Assembly (NCBI GenBank): GCA_965216755.1
Contig: CBDCGL010000011.1
Span: 4,160,001-4,224,000 of the forward strand
From: Alphaproteobacteria bacterium
GTDB taxonomy: Bacteria > Pseudomonadota > Alphaproteobacteria > UBA7887
DNA: 64,000 nt
Direction: 5' to 3'
Shown one piece after another: positions 10,071 to 20,709 of this stretch (its first letter is position 1; every line of letters starts with the position of its first letter). Under the pieces are notes generated by a model, which saw only the letters and a program-made list of their open reading frames with translations, searched no databases and was not told the DNA's origin. Position numbers and translations under genes: made by a program.

Positions 10071-10592
10071 ATGGTCATGACGGCACCGGAAAAGTATTCC
10101 AAAGGTGTGCGGTTTTTGCATTGGCTGATGGCAGCCGTCCTGGTTGGTTCGGTCTATACCGGCTGGCAGTTGGAAGAGCCGGGCAACCGGGTGACGTCGC
10201 TTCATTTCGGGCTCGGGATTTCGATCGCGTTGCTCATCCTATTGCGTATTTGGGCGCGCCTCGGTTCGACCGTACCGCCGTTCCCTGATGGGCTCGCGGC
10301 ATGGGAGGCGCGGGTGGCGCACGCCGCACATATGGCCCTCTATGGCACCTTGGTGATGATGCCTGCGCTTGGTTTTTTGGCAGCGACCACGCGTGCGGAG
10401 GGCGCCACCCTTTGGGGGCTACCGTTGCCGTCCGTACTGGGGCGCGATAAGGTGCTCCACGAGGCCATCGCTGGGGCCCATGGCTTGGTTGCCAACATTT
10501 TGATTTTGGTCACGCTGCTGCATATTGCCGGTGCCCTAAAGCATCGCCTGTTTGATAAACCGGAGAACAACGTGCTGCCGCGGATTCTTTAA
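10071..10592 (+). CDS. Cytochrome b561 (YceJ/CybB-like)
   Basis: LHWLMA, LHFGLG, AHMALY, LLHIAGALKH haem-ligand histidines. Confidence 0.88.
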   Translation: MVMTAPEKYSKGVRFLHWLMAAVLVGSVYTGWQLEEPGNRVTSLHFGLGISIALLILLRIWARLGSTVPPFPDGLAAWEARVAHAAHMALYGTLVMMPALGFLAATTRAEGATLWGLPLPSVLGRDKVLHEAIAGAHGLVANILILVTLLHIAGALKHRLFDKPENNVLPRIL

Positions 10593-10688
10593 ACCCCATG
10601 GCCGTGTCGCGGATGACAAAGTCCGCGATGACGATGGTGTTTGCGCCTTAACCGTCCTTGGGCGGAAAGACAATAATTGGTATACGAT

Positions 10689-12506
10689 TTATAACTCTTC
10701 GACGATAAATCGATAGATGCTGTCTTGGCCGTTGATCCGTTGTTCGATCTCGGCGTCGGTGTGGGCAGCGGCCGCATGCATCAACGCCGTGTGGCGGCGC
10801 CAATCAAGGATGTTCATGTCGGTCGGCAGGGGTGGCGAAATGACGCGATCATGCGGACCGGGCCGCGCGCCGGCTTGGCGGCTCATCATCATGCTGCGTA
10901 CGATCACGTTGGCCAAGTTGGGTGCGCGAGGTAAGGCCGCAAAAGGTGAGCACATGGCGCGCGCGATGTGCCAACGTCCAGGTAAGCTGTCATAAGTAAC
11001 CTGCGGTCTGTTCAATTTCGGGATAGGCAGGTCGACGACAATGTTGGGACCCGTTTTGAGGCGATGCATGGTCGCGAGCGGGACGTTGTCTGCCAAACTG
11101 CCGTCAACAAGCACGTCGCCTTCGTCGGTCAGAAAGGGAGGCAGAAGCGCTGGAATTGAGCCGGTCGCACGAACCGCTTGCCACACCAATCCGTGCCGAT
11201 GACAACGTTCCTGGCCGGTGGCGAGGTCGGTCGACAGAGCGAAGAATGGGATGGCAAGGTCTTCGATACAGGTGTTGCCATAGTGGGCATTGAGAGCGCG
11301 GTCGAAATAGGTGTGATCAAGGAGGCTGTATCTAGGGATCGTGACATGCTGCAATGCGCCGCGTGTGATGAAAATATCGTGCGTGCGCGCGTCGATTTCT
11401 TGGGGCGTCATCTGAGCAGCGAACGCCGCCGCCATGGCGCCGCCACCACTGGTTCCACCATAGAAGTCAAACCGGATGTCACGGTCATAGAAAGCCTTAT
11501 AGACGCCGATGTGCGCGGCGCAAAATGCACCGCCGCCGCCGGCCACAAAACCCGCCGCTCTACCCGTCAGAAAACGTGCGAGGCGGGTGTAGTCATCCGT
11601 CGCGTCAAGGCCGACATGATGGTGCATGACGACTGCGCGCTGCTTCAGCCAATCCGATGTCCCCGGATATAGCGGCGCTGCTTGATCATGAACCAGGACT
11701 AGTCGTGTGCGTTCGCGGCCGTGCAACGCCAGCGCCATTTGCTCCAATTCGGTCAACACAATTTGCGACCCGACACGGGCCACCAGCAGCAGCTCATCGG
11801 CCTGACGGATGTATTTCTGTGTCCACGCTGGCGAATTTGGGTCCGTCCAGAACACAAGGTGGTCAGTGTCTCGGCCTAAAGCCTCTAGCCAAAGTGCCGC
11901 GTCGAGGGAGTCCGGCGAAAGGCCGCGGCTGAATTCGCGGTCCGGCGTATTGATATCAATATCGCGTAGCGTGCCGTGCCGTCGCAACGCCTTGACGAGT
12001 CGGTTCTTGAAGGTATCGGGAATGGGGCCGCTGCCGGCTTGCACAATGGCGAGCGTGTGCGAGGGCGCGAACGATGCTTCTTGTCCCAGCCGGTCCGAGG
12101 TCTTGACCAGTCGCTCGGACAAGAAACGTATGATGGCGTCTTTAATGTCCGGCACGTCGTGCGCGACTTGCTCAAAATCGTCGCGCGTCAGGGCCAACAC
12201 CACACTGTCGCGTTTGGCCGTGACTTGGGCGCTGCGCGGTGTGCCTGAGAAAAAGCCGATTTCGCCGATGGGTTGGCCGCGGCCAATCTCGATCCCCATC
12301 GGTGCGTCACTGTCGAAGCTCACGTCAAACAGACCGCTGGCGACCAAATACAGCGTCTCGGCGCTTTCGCCCTTCTGAATTAAAATATCGCCGCGCGCAA
12401 TGCGGCGCGTTTGCAAACGCGCGGCGAGCCGGTCGCGGATGTCCGCGGTGAGACGATCAAAGGCCTCGATGGCGGATAGTGGATCAGGCGTTGGCATAGG
12501 GACCAC
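10689..12506 (-). CDS. cNMP-binding domain plus patatin-like phospholipase (NTE-like)
   Basis: IGEIGF...PRSA cNMP box; GGGGAF, GTSGG, DGS. Confidence 0.88.
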   Translation of the reverse strand: MVPMPTPDPLSAIEAFDRLTADIRDRLAARLQTRRIARGDILIQKGESAETLYLVASGLFDVSFDSDAPMGIEIGRGQPIGEIGFFSGTPRSAQVTAKRDSVVLALTRDDFEQVAHDVPDIKDAIIRFLSERLVKTSDRLGQEASFAPSHTLAIVQAGSGPIPDTFKNRLVKALRRHGTLRDIDINTPDREFSRGLSPDSLDAALWLEALGRDTDHLVFWTDPNSPAWTQKYIRQADELLLVARVGSQIVLTELEQMALALHGRERTRLVLVHDQAAPLYPGTSDWLKQRAVVMHHHVGLDATDDYTRLARFLTGRAAGFVAGGGGAFCAAHIGVYKAFYDRDIRFDFYGGTSGGGAMAAAFAAQMTPQEIDARTHDIFITRGALQHVTIPRYSLLDHTYFDRALNAHYGNTCIEDLAIPFFALSTDLATGQERCHRHGLVWQAVRATGSIPALLPPFLTDEGDVLVDGSLADNVPLATMHRLKTGPNIVVDLPIPKLNRPQVTYDSLPGRWHIARAMCSPFAALPRAPNLANVIVRSMMMSRQAGARPGPHDRVISPPLPTDMNILDWRRHTALMHAAAAHTDAEIEQRINGQDSIYRFIVEEL

Positions 12507-12669
12507 ACTTCAAAGCCGGGAAAACTGGCCGTAAGCTATCGTGACTCTGGCCGGTTTGTCTTGGCAGTCCGGCGTGTGCATGCTGCGACCGAAGAGGTAC
12601 GGCATGCCAATGGCGTCAAAACGAAACGCGTGCCGCATAACCGATGCACGGCGACGGATGGAACAGGAC

Positions 12670-13479
12670 ATGGATATCGAGCAGCTTTATCGCGTTGACG
12701 GCGCGCGCAAGGTGCGTTTGGCGGACATTGATCCGCGCCAAAAAACGGGATTTGACAGCCGTAAGGACGCCGAACGGCAAACGGCCGAGGATATCGAAGC
12801 CATCGACAGCCTACAGGATCGTCTCTACGCGGAAAGCGATCAGGCCTTGTTGGTCGTGCTGCAAGCGATGGATGCCGGCGGCAAGGACGGCACCGTGCGC
12901 CGCATTTTTGGCCCGGTCGATCCGCTTGGTGTCCACACGGTCAATTTTCGCCGGCCGACAACGCTGGAGCTGTCACACGATTTCCTGTGGCGTGTGCACC
13001 AAAAGGTGCCAGCCCATGGTGAAATCGGGTTGTTTAATCGCTCGCACTATGAAGACGTTCTGGTCGTACGTGTGCGCGAATTGGCGCCGCCCGCGGTTGT
13101 CGAAAAGCGCTATGCGCACATCAATGCCTTTGAGCAGCTGTTGGCCGACAACAAAGTCACGATTGTCAAGATATTCCTGCATATATCCAAAGAAGAACAG
13201 CGCGAGCGTTTGCAGGAACGGGTCGACATGCCGCACAAGCGTTGGAAATTCAATGCCGGCGATTTGGAGGAACGAAAATTCTGGGACGCTTATATGGAGG
13301 CCTATGAAATCGCCGTCAATCGCTGTGCGGCGCCCCATGCGCCATGGTATGTCGTGCCCGCCGATCGCAACTGGTATCGCAACGCCGTTGTCGCGCGTAT
13401 TATTCGCACGGCACTGGAGCGCATGGATCCGCGATATCCGGAGCCTGATTTCGATCCCACGTCGATTCGCGTGGAGTGA
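12670..13479 (+). CDS. ppk2: Polyphosphate kinase 2 family, probably class III
   Basis: LQAMDAGGKDG, FNRSHYEDV, KRWKF, PWYVVPAD. Confidence 0.9.
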   Translation: MDIEQLYRVDGARKVRLADIDPRQKTGFDSRKDAERQTAEDIEAIDSLQDRLYAESDQALLVVLQAMDAGGKDGTVRRIFGPVDPLGVHTVNFRRPTTLELSHDFLWRVHQKVPAHGEIGLFNRSHYEDVLVVRVRELAPPAVVEKRYAHINAFEQLLADNKVTIVKIFLHISKEEQRERLQERVDMPHKRWKFNAGDLEERKFWDAYMEAYEIAVNRCAAPHAPWYVVPADRNWYRNAVVARIIRTALERMDPRYPEPDFDPTSIRVE

Positions 13480-13533
13480 GGAAATGGATCAGGACTGGTC
13501 GGCGCGTGCCGGAGTCAGTCGTACCCGGTTGGT

Positions 13534-14640
13534 TTAGGCAGTGGCGTCGTTGGAACCGGTAATGGCGCGGGTCACCGCCGGCAGCACCTGGGTTGCCATA
13601 AGCTCCATAGAGCGTCGCATCTTGGCTTTGTCGGTCCAATCGTGGGCGGTCATGACCAGGTGGCCAAAGGGGCCGACGTCATCGCGAAACGCCAGCAATT
13701 GTTCGGTGACTGATTTGGGGCTGCCGCGTATCACCAAACGGTCGACCAATTCGCCATGGCTGAGCGCGTGCGGGTCATCGCCGGGGTTGGTGACAAATGC
13801 CGCCTTCATCTCGGCGCGTTCGAAGATCGTGAAAAGGTATTTGTAGTAGTAATCGAACGTCCCGCCTGGTTGCTTGACGAACGCTTCGGCGTCGTCGTTG
13901 GTGTCGGCAACAAATATGCTTCGCGCCACCCGCCATCGTGCCGGGTCCGGATGCTTGTTCTGTTTGTCGCATTCGTCCAGATAAGTCTCCCAATGCGACT
14001 TGACTGACCAGTTTGCGATGAAGTTTGCTGAAATCGGCTCAAAGTCGCGCACAGCCGCCAGGCGCATCATGCCCGAATAGGGACTCATCGCCGAGACCGC
14101 GATCGGTGGATGGGGTTTTTGATACGGTTTGACCATGTGCCCCAGGCCAATGTCGTCGTGAACCCAATCCTTGATTTTGGTCGACCAATATTTGCCTTTG
14201 ATGTCGTAAGGCGGGTCGGACTGCCAGATCTTCAGGATCATATCGATGGACTCGACCATCATCTCGCCGCGATCATTGTCCATCACACCGAACAGTTCAA
14301 AATCCGGCGGCAGGCCACCTGGTCCGATGCCCATGACGAAGCGACCTTGGGCCAGATGGTCGAACATCGCCGCGTGCCCCGCGATCAATGCCGGATGGTA
14401 TTGCGACATGCAGATCACGCCGGTCGCCAGTTTGATTTGCCGGGTGCGCGCGATCAGGTTGGCCATGAACATCAGCGGCGACGTAATCGGCTCGACAGCG
14501 GAGCAGTGGTGCTCGCCGACCCAGGCCTCAGCAAAACCCAGCTTGTCGGCAAACTCGATGGCCTCAATATCTTCTGCCAAAGAGGTGTGATAGTCCTTGT
14601 CCTTATGATGAATGGGCATCATGAAATAGGACAGCTCCAT
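13534..14640 (-). CDS. Luciferase-like (LLM) flavin-dependent monooxygenase
   Basis: AWVGEHH, IKLATGV, GIGPGG, PYQKPHPPI; start reset to MELSYF. Confidence 0.88.
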   Translation of the reverse strand: MELSYFMMPIHHKDKDYHTSLAEDIEAIEFADKLGFAEAWVGEHHCSAVEPITSPLMFMANLIARTRQIKLATGVICMSQYHPALIAGHAAMFDHLAQGRFVMGIGPGGLPPDFELFGVMDNDRGEMMVESIDMILKIWQSDPPYDIKGKYWSTKIKDWVHDDIGLGHMVKPYQKPHPPIAVSAMSPYSGMMRLAAVRDFEPISANFIANWSVKSHWETYLDECDKQNKHPDPARWRVARSIFVADTNDDAEAFVKQPGGTFDYYYKYLFTIFERAEMKAAFVTNPGDDPHALSHGELVDRLVIRGSPKSVTEQLLAFRDDVGPFGHLVMTAHDWTDKAKMRRSMELMATQVLPAVTRAITGSNDATA

Positions 14641-14873
14641 CGCGCCACTCCCGAGCCTGGTATGAGTTGATTGGCAAAGCGTAGCGCGTACGGCCCTTTG
14701 GCAAAAGCTGAATGCGCAAATTGTTGTGACCCAGAGATCTCCGTTGATGCCCCCTTGGACGGGCAACGTAGGTAACGGGTGAATTCTTTTGGCGAATGGA
14801 ACAAAATACGCGGCTGTCGCGGGGCACGGCGCAATTGGCGCCGAGTCGAATGAAAGAGCAAAAAATAGGGACA

Positions 14874-16127
14874 ATGGAGATGAACTCGCGAGAATTGGTT
14901 TTTGGAATGGTGTTGGCCGGATTTGCGGCGCACGCGGCAATGGCCGCAGACGAAGTTGAAGTGCTGCATTGGTGGACATCGGGCGGTGAGGCCGCGGCTC
15001 TGAACGTTTTGAAAGAAGACCTGGAGTCAAAGGGCGTCACTTGGCAGGATATGCCGGTCGCCGGTGGCGGCGGTGAGCAGGCGATGACGGTTTTGCGCGC
15101 GCGGGTCACCGCAGGCAATCCGCCAACAGCCGTGCAGATGCTTGGGTTTGATATTTTGGATTGGGCGGATCAGGGCGCTCTCGCCGACCTGAACGACGTT
15201 GCTGCGAATGAAGATTGGGGCGCTGTCGTGCCCGGCGCTTTGCAAGGCTTCTCAAAGTTCGACGGTCAGTGGATCGCGGCGCCGGTTAACGTTCACTCGA
15301 CCAACTGGGTGTGGGCGAACAAGAAAATCTTCGATGAGCTTGGTTTGTCGGTACCGACCAATTGGGACGAGTTGGTCGCCGCACTGGATGCGATCCAGGG
15401 CGCTGGCTATACGGCTTTGGCCCATGGTGGCCAAGCATGGCAAGACGCGACGATCTTTGATGCTGTCTTGATGGCAACGGGCGGGCCAGAATTCTACCAG
15501 CAAGCGGCAATTGAATTGGATCCCGCGGCGTTGGGTTCGGACACGATGAAAACTGTGTTTGACCGGATGGCTGTTTTGCGCAGTTATGTCGACGATAATT
15601 TCTCAGGCCGTGATTGGAATCTGGCGACCGCGATGGTGATCGAGGGCCAAGCCGGCATGCAAATGATGGGCGATTGGGCCAAGGGCGAATTTCTGAATGC
15701 CGGTCAGACGCCGGATCAGGATTTCTTGTGCTTCCGCTTTCCGGGCACCCAAGGCACGGTGACGTTCAATTCCGATCAGTTCGCCATGTTTGCGGTCGGC
15801 TCGGATCGCCAAGCGGCGCAAGTTGAACTTGCGAGCGCGATCATGAGCCCGAGCTTCCAATCCGCGTTTAACGTCGTCAAAGGGTCGGTTCCGGCGCGTA
15901 CCGACGTGTCCGACGAAGCCTTTGAAGCCTGCGGAAAAAAGGGCATGAAGGACCTTGCGGAAGCCAGTGCCAACGGCACATTGTTTGGATCGTTGGCCCA
16001 CGGTCACGCGGCGCCCGCGGCGGTTAAGAACGCCTTCTATGACGTCGTGACGGCCCATTTCAACGGCGAATTCGATTCGTCCGAAGCGGTCGAGGAACTG
16101 GTTCTCGCGATTGAGTCCGCCCAATAG
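14874..16127 (+). CDS. Sugar (glucose/mannose-type) ABC transporter substrate-binding protein
   Basis: Signal peptide, [29 protein letters not shown]. Confidence 0.9.
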   Translation: MEMNSRELVFGMVLAGFAAHAAMAADEVEVLHWWTSGGEAAALNVLKEDLESKGVTWQDMPVAGGGGEQAMTVLRARVTAGNPPTAVQMLGFDILDWADQGALADLNDVAANEDWGAVVPGALQGFSKFDGQWIAAPVNVHSTNWVWANKKIFDELGLSVPTNWDELVAALDAIQGAGYTALAHGGQAWQDATIFDAVLMATGGPEFYQQAAIELDPAALGSDTMKTVFDRMAVLRSYVDDNFSGRDWNLATAMVIEGQAGMQMMGDWAKGEFLNAGQTPDQDFLCFRFPGTQGTVTFNSDQFAMFAVGSDRQAAQVELASAIMSPSFQSAFNVVKGSVPARTDVSDEAFEACGKKGMKDLAEASANGTLFGSLAHGHAAPAAVKNAFYDVVTAHFNGEFDSSEAVEELVLAIESAQ

Positions 16128-16143
16128 GGCATGGGCATTGAAA

Positions 16144-16207
16144 GGCTTGGTAGCAAGCCGCGGCGGCGCGATGCATTCGGGTGCGCGTCGGATGTTCGCG
16201 TCGCCGC
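16144..16207 (+). other. Intercistronic stem-loops after the binding-protein gene
   Basis: GGCTTG/CAAGCC hairpin (16144-16159) and imperfect GCGGCGGCGCGA...TCGCGTCGCCGC (16160-16207). Confidence 0.45.
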
Positions 16208-16239
16208 ACGCGGATTGATTTGGCCGGTGGGCGACTGAA

Positions 16240-17166
16240 ATGAGCCCATCCGCCATGGCTGAGACACCGGCCCCCGGGGTAAATGTTGGGCGTGCTTGGT
16301 TGCAGGCGGCGCTGCCGCGCCTGGTTTTGGCGCCCAGTTTCGCGCTGGTGGTCATTTTCGTTTATGGCTTTATCGCTTTCACCGGGATCTTGTCGTTTAC
16401 CGATTCCAAAATCCTGCCGAGCTTCGACTGGGTCGGGCTTGCCAACTATGTCAAGCTTTGGAAGCTCCGACATTGGTCGACCGCGCTCCAGAACTTGGCC
16501 ATTTTTGGTGGGTTGTACATCGGTATTTGCACCGTAATCGGCCTTGGTCTGGCGATCTTGCTGGACCAGAAGATCCGCGGTGAAGGGGTGCTGCGCCCCA
16601 TCTATCTGTATCCGATGGCGTTGTCGTTCATCGTGACCGGCACCGCGTGGAAGTGGTTTTTGGATCCCGGCATCGGACTGGAGAACACCGTGCGGGGTTG
16701 GGGCTGGGAAAGCTTCGACTTCGATTGGATCAAGGACCGCACAATGGCGATCTATTGCATTGTCATTGCGGCGGTTTGGCAAACTTCGGGCTTCGTCATG
16801 GCCATGTTTCTGGCCGGTCTGCGTGGTATCGATAATGAAATCATCAAAGCCGCGCAGATCGACGGTGCCAGCAGCTTCAAGCTCTATCGCCGCATTATCA
16901 TTCCCATGCTGCGGCCAGCCTTTCTATCGGCATTTGTGATCTTGGCCCATATGGCGATCAAGTCCTACGATTTGGTCATTGCGCTGACCAATGGCGGCCC
17001 CGGGCGGGCGACCGAAATGCCGGCGACATTCATGTACTCCTATACATTCACCCGCAATCAAATGGGCGTCGGTGCCAGCTCAGCGGTAATTATGCTGATG
17101 ATGGTTGCCGCGATCATCGTCCCCTATTTGTACGCGGAGTTGCGTGGCGGTGACCGTGAGCGCTGA
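16240..17166 (+). CDS. Sugar ABC transporter permease
   Basis: TM helices, EAA-like loop KAAQIDGA. Confidence 0.9.
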   Translation: MSPSAMAETPAPGVNVGRAWLQAALPRLVLAPSFALVVIFVYGFIAFTGILSFTDSKILPSFDWVGLANYVKLWKLRHWSTALQNLAIFGGLYIGICTVIGLGLAILLDQKIRGEGVLRPIYLYPMALSFIVTGTAWKWFLDPGIGLENTVRGWGWESFDFDWIKDRTMAIYCIVIAAVWQTSGFVMAMFLAGLRGIDNEIIKAAQIDGASSFKLYRRIIIPMLRPAFLSAFVILAHMAIKSYDLVIALTNGGPGRATEMPATFMYSYTFTRNQMGVGASSAVIMLMMVAAIIVPYLYAELRGGDRER

Positions 17167-18037
17167 GGCGCAGCAAACGGCCATTCGCACCGCACGTCTG
17201 ACGCGCGCCGTGATCTATGCGGTCCTGCTGGTATTGCTCGTCTTTTACCTGCTGCCGCTTTTTGTGATGGTGGTCAATTCAGTCAAACCGCTCGACGAGA
17301 TTCGCGGCGGTTCGATGCTGGCGTTGCCGGTTGTGTTCACCGTCGAGCCTTGGCTGAACGCATGGCACACGGCGCAAATCGGCGTCGCACCGACGGGCCT
17401 TAAGCCGTATTTTTGGAATTCGATCAAGATGGTCGTGCCCGCAGTCGCAATTTCAACGCTCCTCGGCGCGCTCAACGGCTATGTGCTGACCAAGTGGCGG
17501 TTTCGCGGCGACACGCTGTTGTTCGGTTTGATGCTGTTTGCCTGCTTTATACCGTTTCAGATCGTCTTGATTCCGATGGCGCGGATTTTGGGCATGATTG
17601 GCTTGGCGGGCACCACTTGGGGCCTGGTGCTTGTTCACGTGGTCTATGGCTTGGGCTTCACAACGCTGTTTTTCCGTAACTATTACGCGGCATTTCCAAC
17701 AGAGCTGGTGCGCGCGGCGCAAATCGATGGTGCGCGGTTTTTTCAGATTTTTTGGCGCATATTGCTGCCCAGTTCGGGGCCGATCATTGTGGTCACAGTG
17801 ATCTGGCAATTCACCAATGTGTGGAACGACTTTCTGTTTGGCGCGTCGTTCGCCGATTTCGACTCTATGCCGATGACGGCAGCGCTCAACAATCTGGTCA
17901 GTTCGTCGACCGGCGTGAAGGAATACAATGTCCATTTCGCCGGTGCGATCTTGGCGGCACTGCCGACTTTGATTGTGTATATCGTTTCCGGCCGCTATTT
18001 CGTGCGTGGCCTGATGGCCGGCGCCGTAAAGGGATGA
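17156..18037 (+). CDS. Sugar ABC transporter permease
   Basis: RAAQIDGA, WNDFL; GTG start overlapping the previous gene. Confidence 0.9.
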   Translation: MSAEAQQTAIRTARLTRAVIYAVLLVLLVFYLLPLFVMVVNSVKPLDEIRGGSMLALPVVFTVEPWLNAWHTAQIGVAPTGLKPYFWNSIKMVVPAVAISTLLGALNGYVLTKWRFRGDTLLFGLMLFACFIPFQIVLIPMARILGMIGLAGTTWGLVLVHVVYGLGFTTLFFRNYYAAFPTELVRAAQIDGARFFQIFWRILLPSSGPIIVVTVIWQFTNVWNDFLFGASFADFDSMPMTAALNNLVSSSTGVKEYNVHFAGAILAALPTLIVYIVSGRYFVRGLMAGAVKG

Positions 18038-18041
18038 CCAC

Positions 18042-19157
18042 ATGCCGTTTCTTGAGATCGATAATCTGGACAAACAATTTGGGTCGGTCGCGGTTCTCAA
18101 AGACATCAATATCGCGGTCGAAGAAGGGGCTTTTTTGGTATTGGTGGGCCCGTCGGGTTGCGGCAAGTCGACCTTGTTGAACACCATCGCCGGACTGGAA
18201 GCGGTCAGCGCAGGCGAAGTTCGTATCGCCGGCCGACGAGTCAACGAACTGCACCCGTCGGAGCGCGATATCGCGATGGTTTTCCAATCCTATGCCCTTT
18301 ATCCGAACATGACCGTGGCGCAGAACATTGCTTTCGGCATGGAAATGCGCGGTGTGCCGAAAGCTGAGCGGACGGTTGCGATTCAAAAAGTCGCGCGCCT
18401 GCTGCAGATTGAGCCGTTGCTCAATCGTCGGCCCAGCCAATTGTCGGGTGGCCAACGTCAGCGCGTTGCCATGGGGCGTGCGTTGGTTCGCGAACCATTG
18501 GTCTTTTTGTTCGACGAACCCTTGTCGAATCTTGATGCCAAGCTACGGGTTGATATGCGTACGGAAATCAAGCGGCTGCATCAAAACATGGCGACGACGA
18601 TCGTCTATGTCACGCACGACCAGATTGAGGCCATGACGTTGGCAACTCAAATTGCTGTTCTCAAAGATGGCAAAGTGCAACAGCTTGGGACGCCCGCCGA
18701 GATCTACAATGATCCTGCAAACATTTTCGTCGCTGATTTCATGGGATCGCCGGCCATGAATCTGATACCGGCACGCGTCGAAATTCGGGGCGATCAAGCG
18801 ATTTTGGCCATGGAGCGTGAAGGTGATGGGCCGTTGGCTTTGTCGATGGGGGCCGAAAAGGATGGATTGCATCAGATCAACGGGCGGGAAATTATCTTCG
18901 GCATACGGCCGGAAGCCATTACCGATCCAGACGGCGCGGATCGCAATAGCCAACATGTCGCACAGGCCGATTGCCTTGTCGATGTCGTTGAGCCCGCCGG
19001 ATCCGACACCTTCATCGTGACGCGACTGGGCGGTAAGGAAGTCATTGCGCGCATGCGCGCCGACAGTGCCGTTGTGGCGGGGGATCGCGCACCGCTGGCA
19101 TTCAATCTAGACAAGGCCGTATTCTTTGATCGCGATACCGAGCGACGCATTGCCTGA
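18042..19157 (+). CDS. Sugar ABC transporter ATP-binding protein (MalK-like)
   Basis: GPSGCGKS, LSGGQ, FLFDEP, VTHDQ. Confidence 0.93.
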   Translation: MPFLEIDNLDKQFGSVAVLKDINIAVEEGAFLVLVGPSGCGKSTLLNTIAGLEAVSAGEVRIAGRRVNELHPSERDIAMVFQSYALYPNMTVAQNIAFGMEMRGVPKAERTVAIQKVARLLQIEPLLNRRPSQLSGGQRQRVAMGRALVREPLVFLFDEPLSNLDAKLRVDMRTEIKRLHQNMATTIVYVTHDQIEAMTLATQIAVLKDGKVQQLGTPAEIYNDPANIFVADFMGSPAMNLIPARVEIRGDQAILAMEREGDGPLALSMGAEKDGLHQINGREIIFGIRPEAITDPDGADRNSQHVAQADCLVDVVEPAGSDTFIVTRLGGKEVIARMRADSAVVAGDRAPLAFNLDKAVFFDRDTERRIA

Positions 19158-19195
19158 TTGTGCACTGTCTATGGACGGTAGCGCCAGCGACGCGC

Positions 19196-20647
19196 CTATT
19201 CGGCCATGACCAGTGCCTTGCTATCTTCCGTGGCCGCGGCGGTTGCGTCAGCGGGTAAAGATACGGGGAGCCGCGCGCGGAAGGTGCTGCCTTGACCAAG
19301 GGCGCTGGTCAAATCCATCTCACCGTCCATCAATTTGATGATCTCTTGGCAAATAGCCAGCCCGAGCCCTGAGCCGCCATGTCGACGGCTGATGGACGCG
19401 TCTGCTTGGGTGAAAGCTTGAAATAGAGATTCCTGAACGTCGGGTGCAATGCCCTCGCCGGTATCGCGTACTTCGCAGAAAAGTGCCGGTTGCTTTCCGT
19501 GCAGTGCGCCATAGGAGATGCGCAGTTCGACCTCTCCCACGTCGGTGAATTTGATGGCATTTCCCACCAAATTATTGAGCACCTGGCGGATTCTCGTCGG
19601 GTCGCCATTTACGATAGCCGGCACATCGGGCGCGACTTCAGCAGACAGCCGCACCTTCTTTTCTTGCGCAAGCGGTTCAAACATGCGCAGCACCCGATTC
19701 ACGATATCATCGACGCTGAAATCAATTCTTTCCAGTTGCATCAACCCCGCGGACAAACGTGAAAAATCGAGAATATCGTTGATCACACCCAAAAGGTCGT
19801 GGGATGCGTCTTTCATGTTTACGCAGTAGCTTTTTTGCGTTGGATCCAGGTCCGTGTTGGCGAGCAATTCGTTCATGCCAATGATGCTGTTCATGGGCGA
19901 GCGCATCTCGTGGGTCATTGTTGCGAGAAATCGCTCTTTAGCTTTGACCGCGTCATTTGCGTTCTCGAGCGCGTCGCGTAGCTGCATCGCCAAATCTTCG
20001 GAAGAAATGCGATAGGCAATCGACCGCTTAAGCGCGACATGGAACTCATTTGATGCATTGATCAGGAATCCCAAATACGCCAGCACCAAGACCCCGAGTA
20101 CGATCGCCATCTCTTGACCGCTGGACAGCATGGTCACGGCCAATGGCCCCAACATTGTAATGCCGAACCAAATCGACGATGCCAGAAAGCCGGTGAATAG
20201 CACCAGGGCGCCGGCCGCGACCCCGTTACATGTCATGACGAGAAACGCCTGATGTTCGGGCCCGACGTGATGAAAACAGGTCGCCGCCAACAGCGCGGTC
20301 GGAAGTGCTTGGCAGATTGCGGCGACCAGGTGGAATCGTCGCCACTTCGCGGCACCCTGGTCCGCCGGCGAGGCGCCACGAAACGCATGAACAAGTAACA
20401 AGGGCACGCCGCTGACCAACAGATATGCGACCGCCCACGAGACCAAAGTCTCCAGCGGCACCTCGTGCCAGAGTACGTACAAGACGGCGCTGATAATCAG
20501 CGGCACGGCCAGAACGCCGGTGGCGTTCTGGCGAAAAACGATGTCGGCGAGCGTGCCATTGATGCGCCGGTCATCAACGAGCCTCATGCTCTCTGGCAGT
20601 CCTTCCGCCGATTTCGTCTGTCGCATTGGGGCCTCGCGCGGCGACAT
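19196..20647 (-). CDS. Membrane sensor histidine kinase, no receiver domain
   Basis: THEMRSPM H-box, NLVGNAIKFT, DTGEGI, GSGLGL; about 6 N-terminal TM helices. Confidence 0.9.
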   Translation of the reverse strand: MSPREAPMRQTKSAEGLPESMRLVDDRRINGTLADIVFRQNATGVLAVPLIISAVLYVLWHEVPLETLVSWAVAYLLVSGVPLLLVHAFRGASPADQGAAKWRRFHLVAAICQALPTALLAATCFHHVGPEHQAFLVMTCNGVAAGALVLFTGFLASSIWFGITMLGPLAVTMLSSGQEMAIVLGVLVLAYLGFLINASNEFHVALKRSIAYRISSEDLAMQLRDALENANDAVKAKERFLATMTHEMRSPMNSIIGMNELLANTDLDPTQKSYCVNMKDASHDLLGVINDILDFSRLSAGLMQLERIDFSVDDIVNRVLRMFEPLAQEKKVRLSAEVAPDVPAIVNGDPTRIRQVLNNLVGNAIKFTDVGEVELRISYGALHGKQPALFCEVRDTGEGIAPDVQESLFQAFTQADASISRRHGGSGLGLAICQEIIKLMDGEMDLTSALGQGSTFRARLPVSLPADATAAATEDSKALVMAE

Positions 20648-20709
20648 CTCTTATGTTTTTTAGTTTGGGCCGAAGGCCAATTACCTGATCGTGTTTAGCA
20701 TCCGGCCGG

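Noticed and set aside
10689-12506. Patatin as a CBASS effector
   Set aside because: No CD-NTase nearby, and the architecture is cNMP/NTE-like
14641-15030. Long N-terminal extension of the LLM monooxygenase
   Set aside because: Overlaps the divergent binding-protein gene; family similarity starts at 14640
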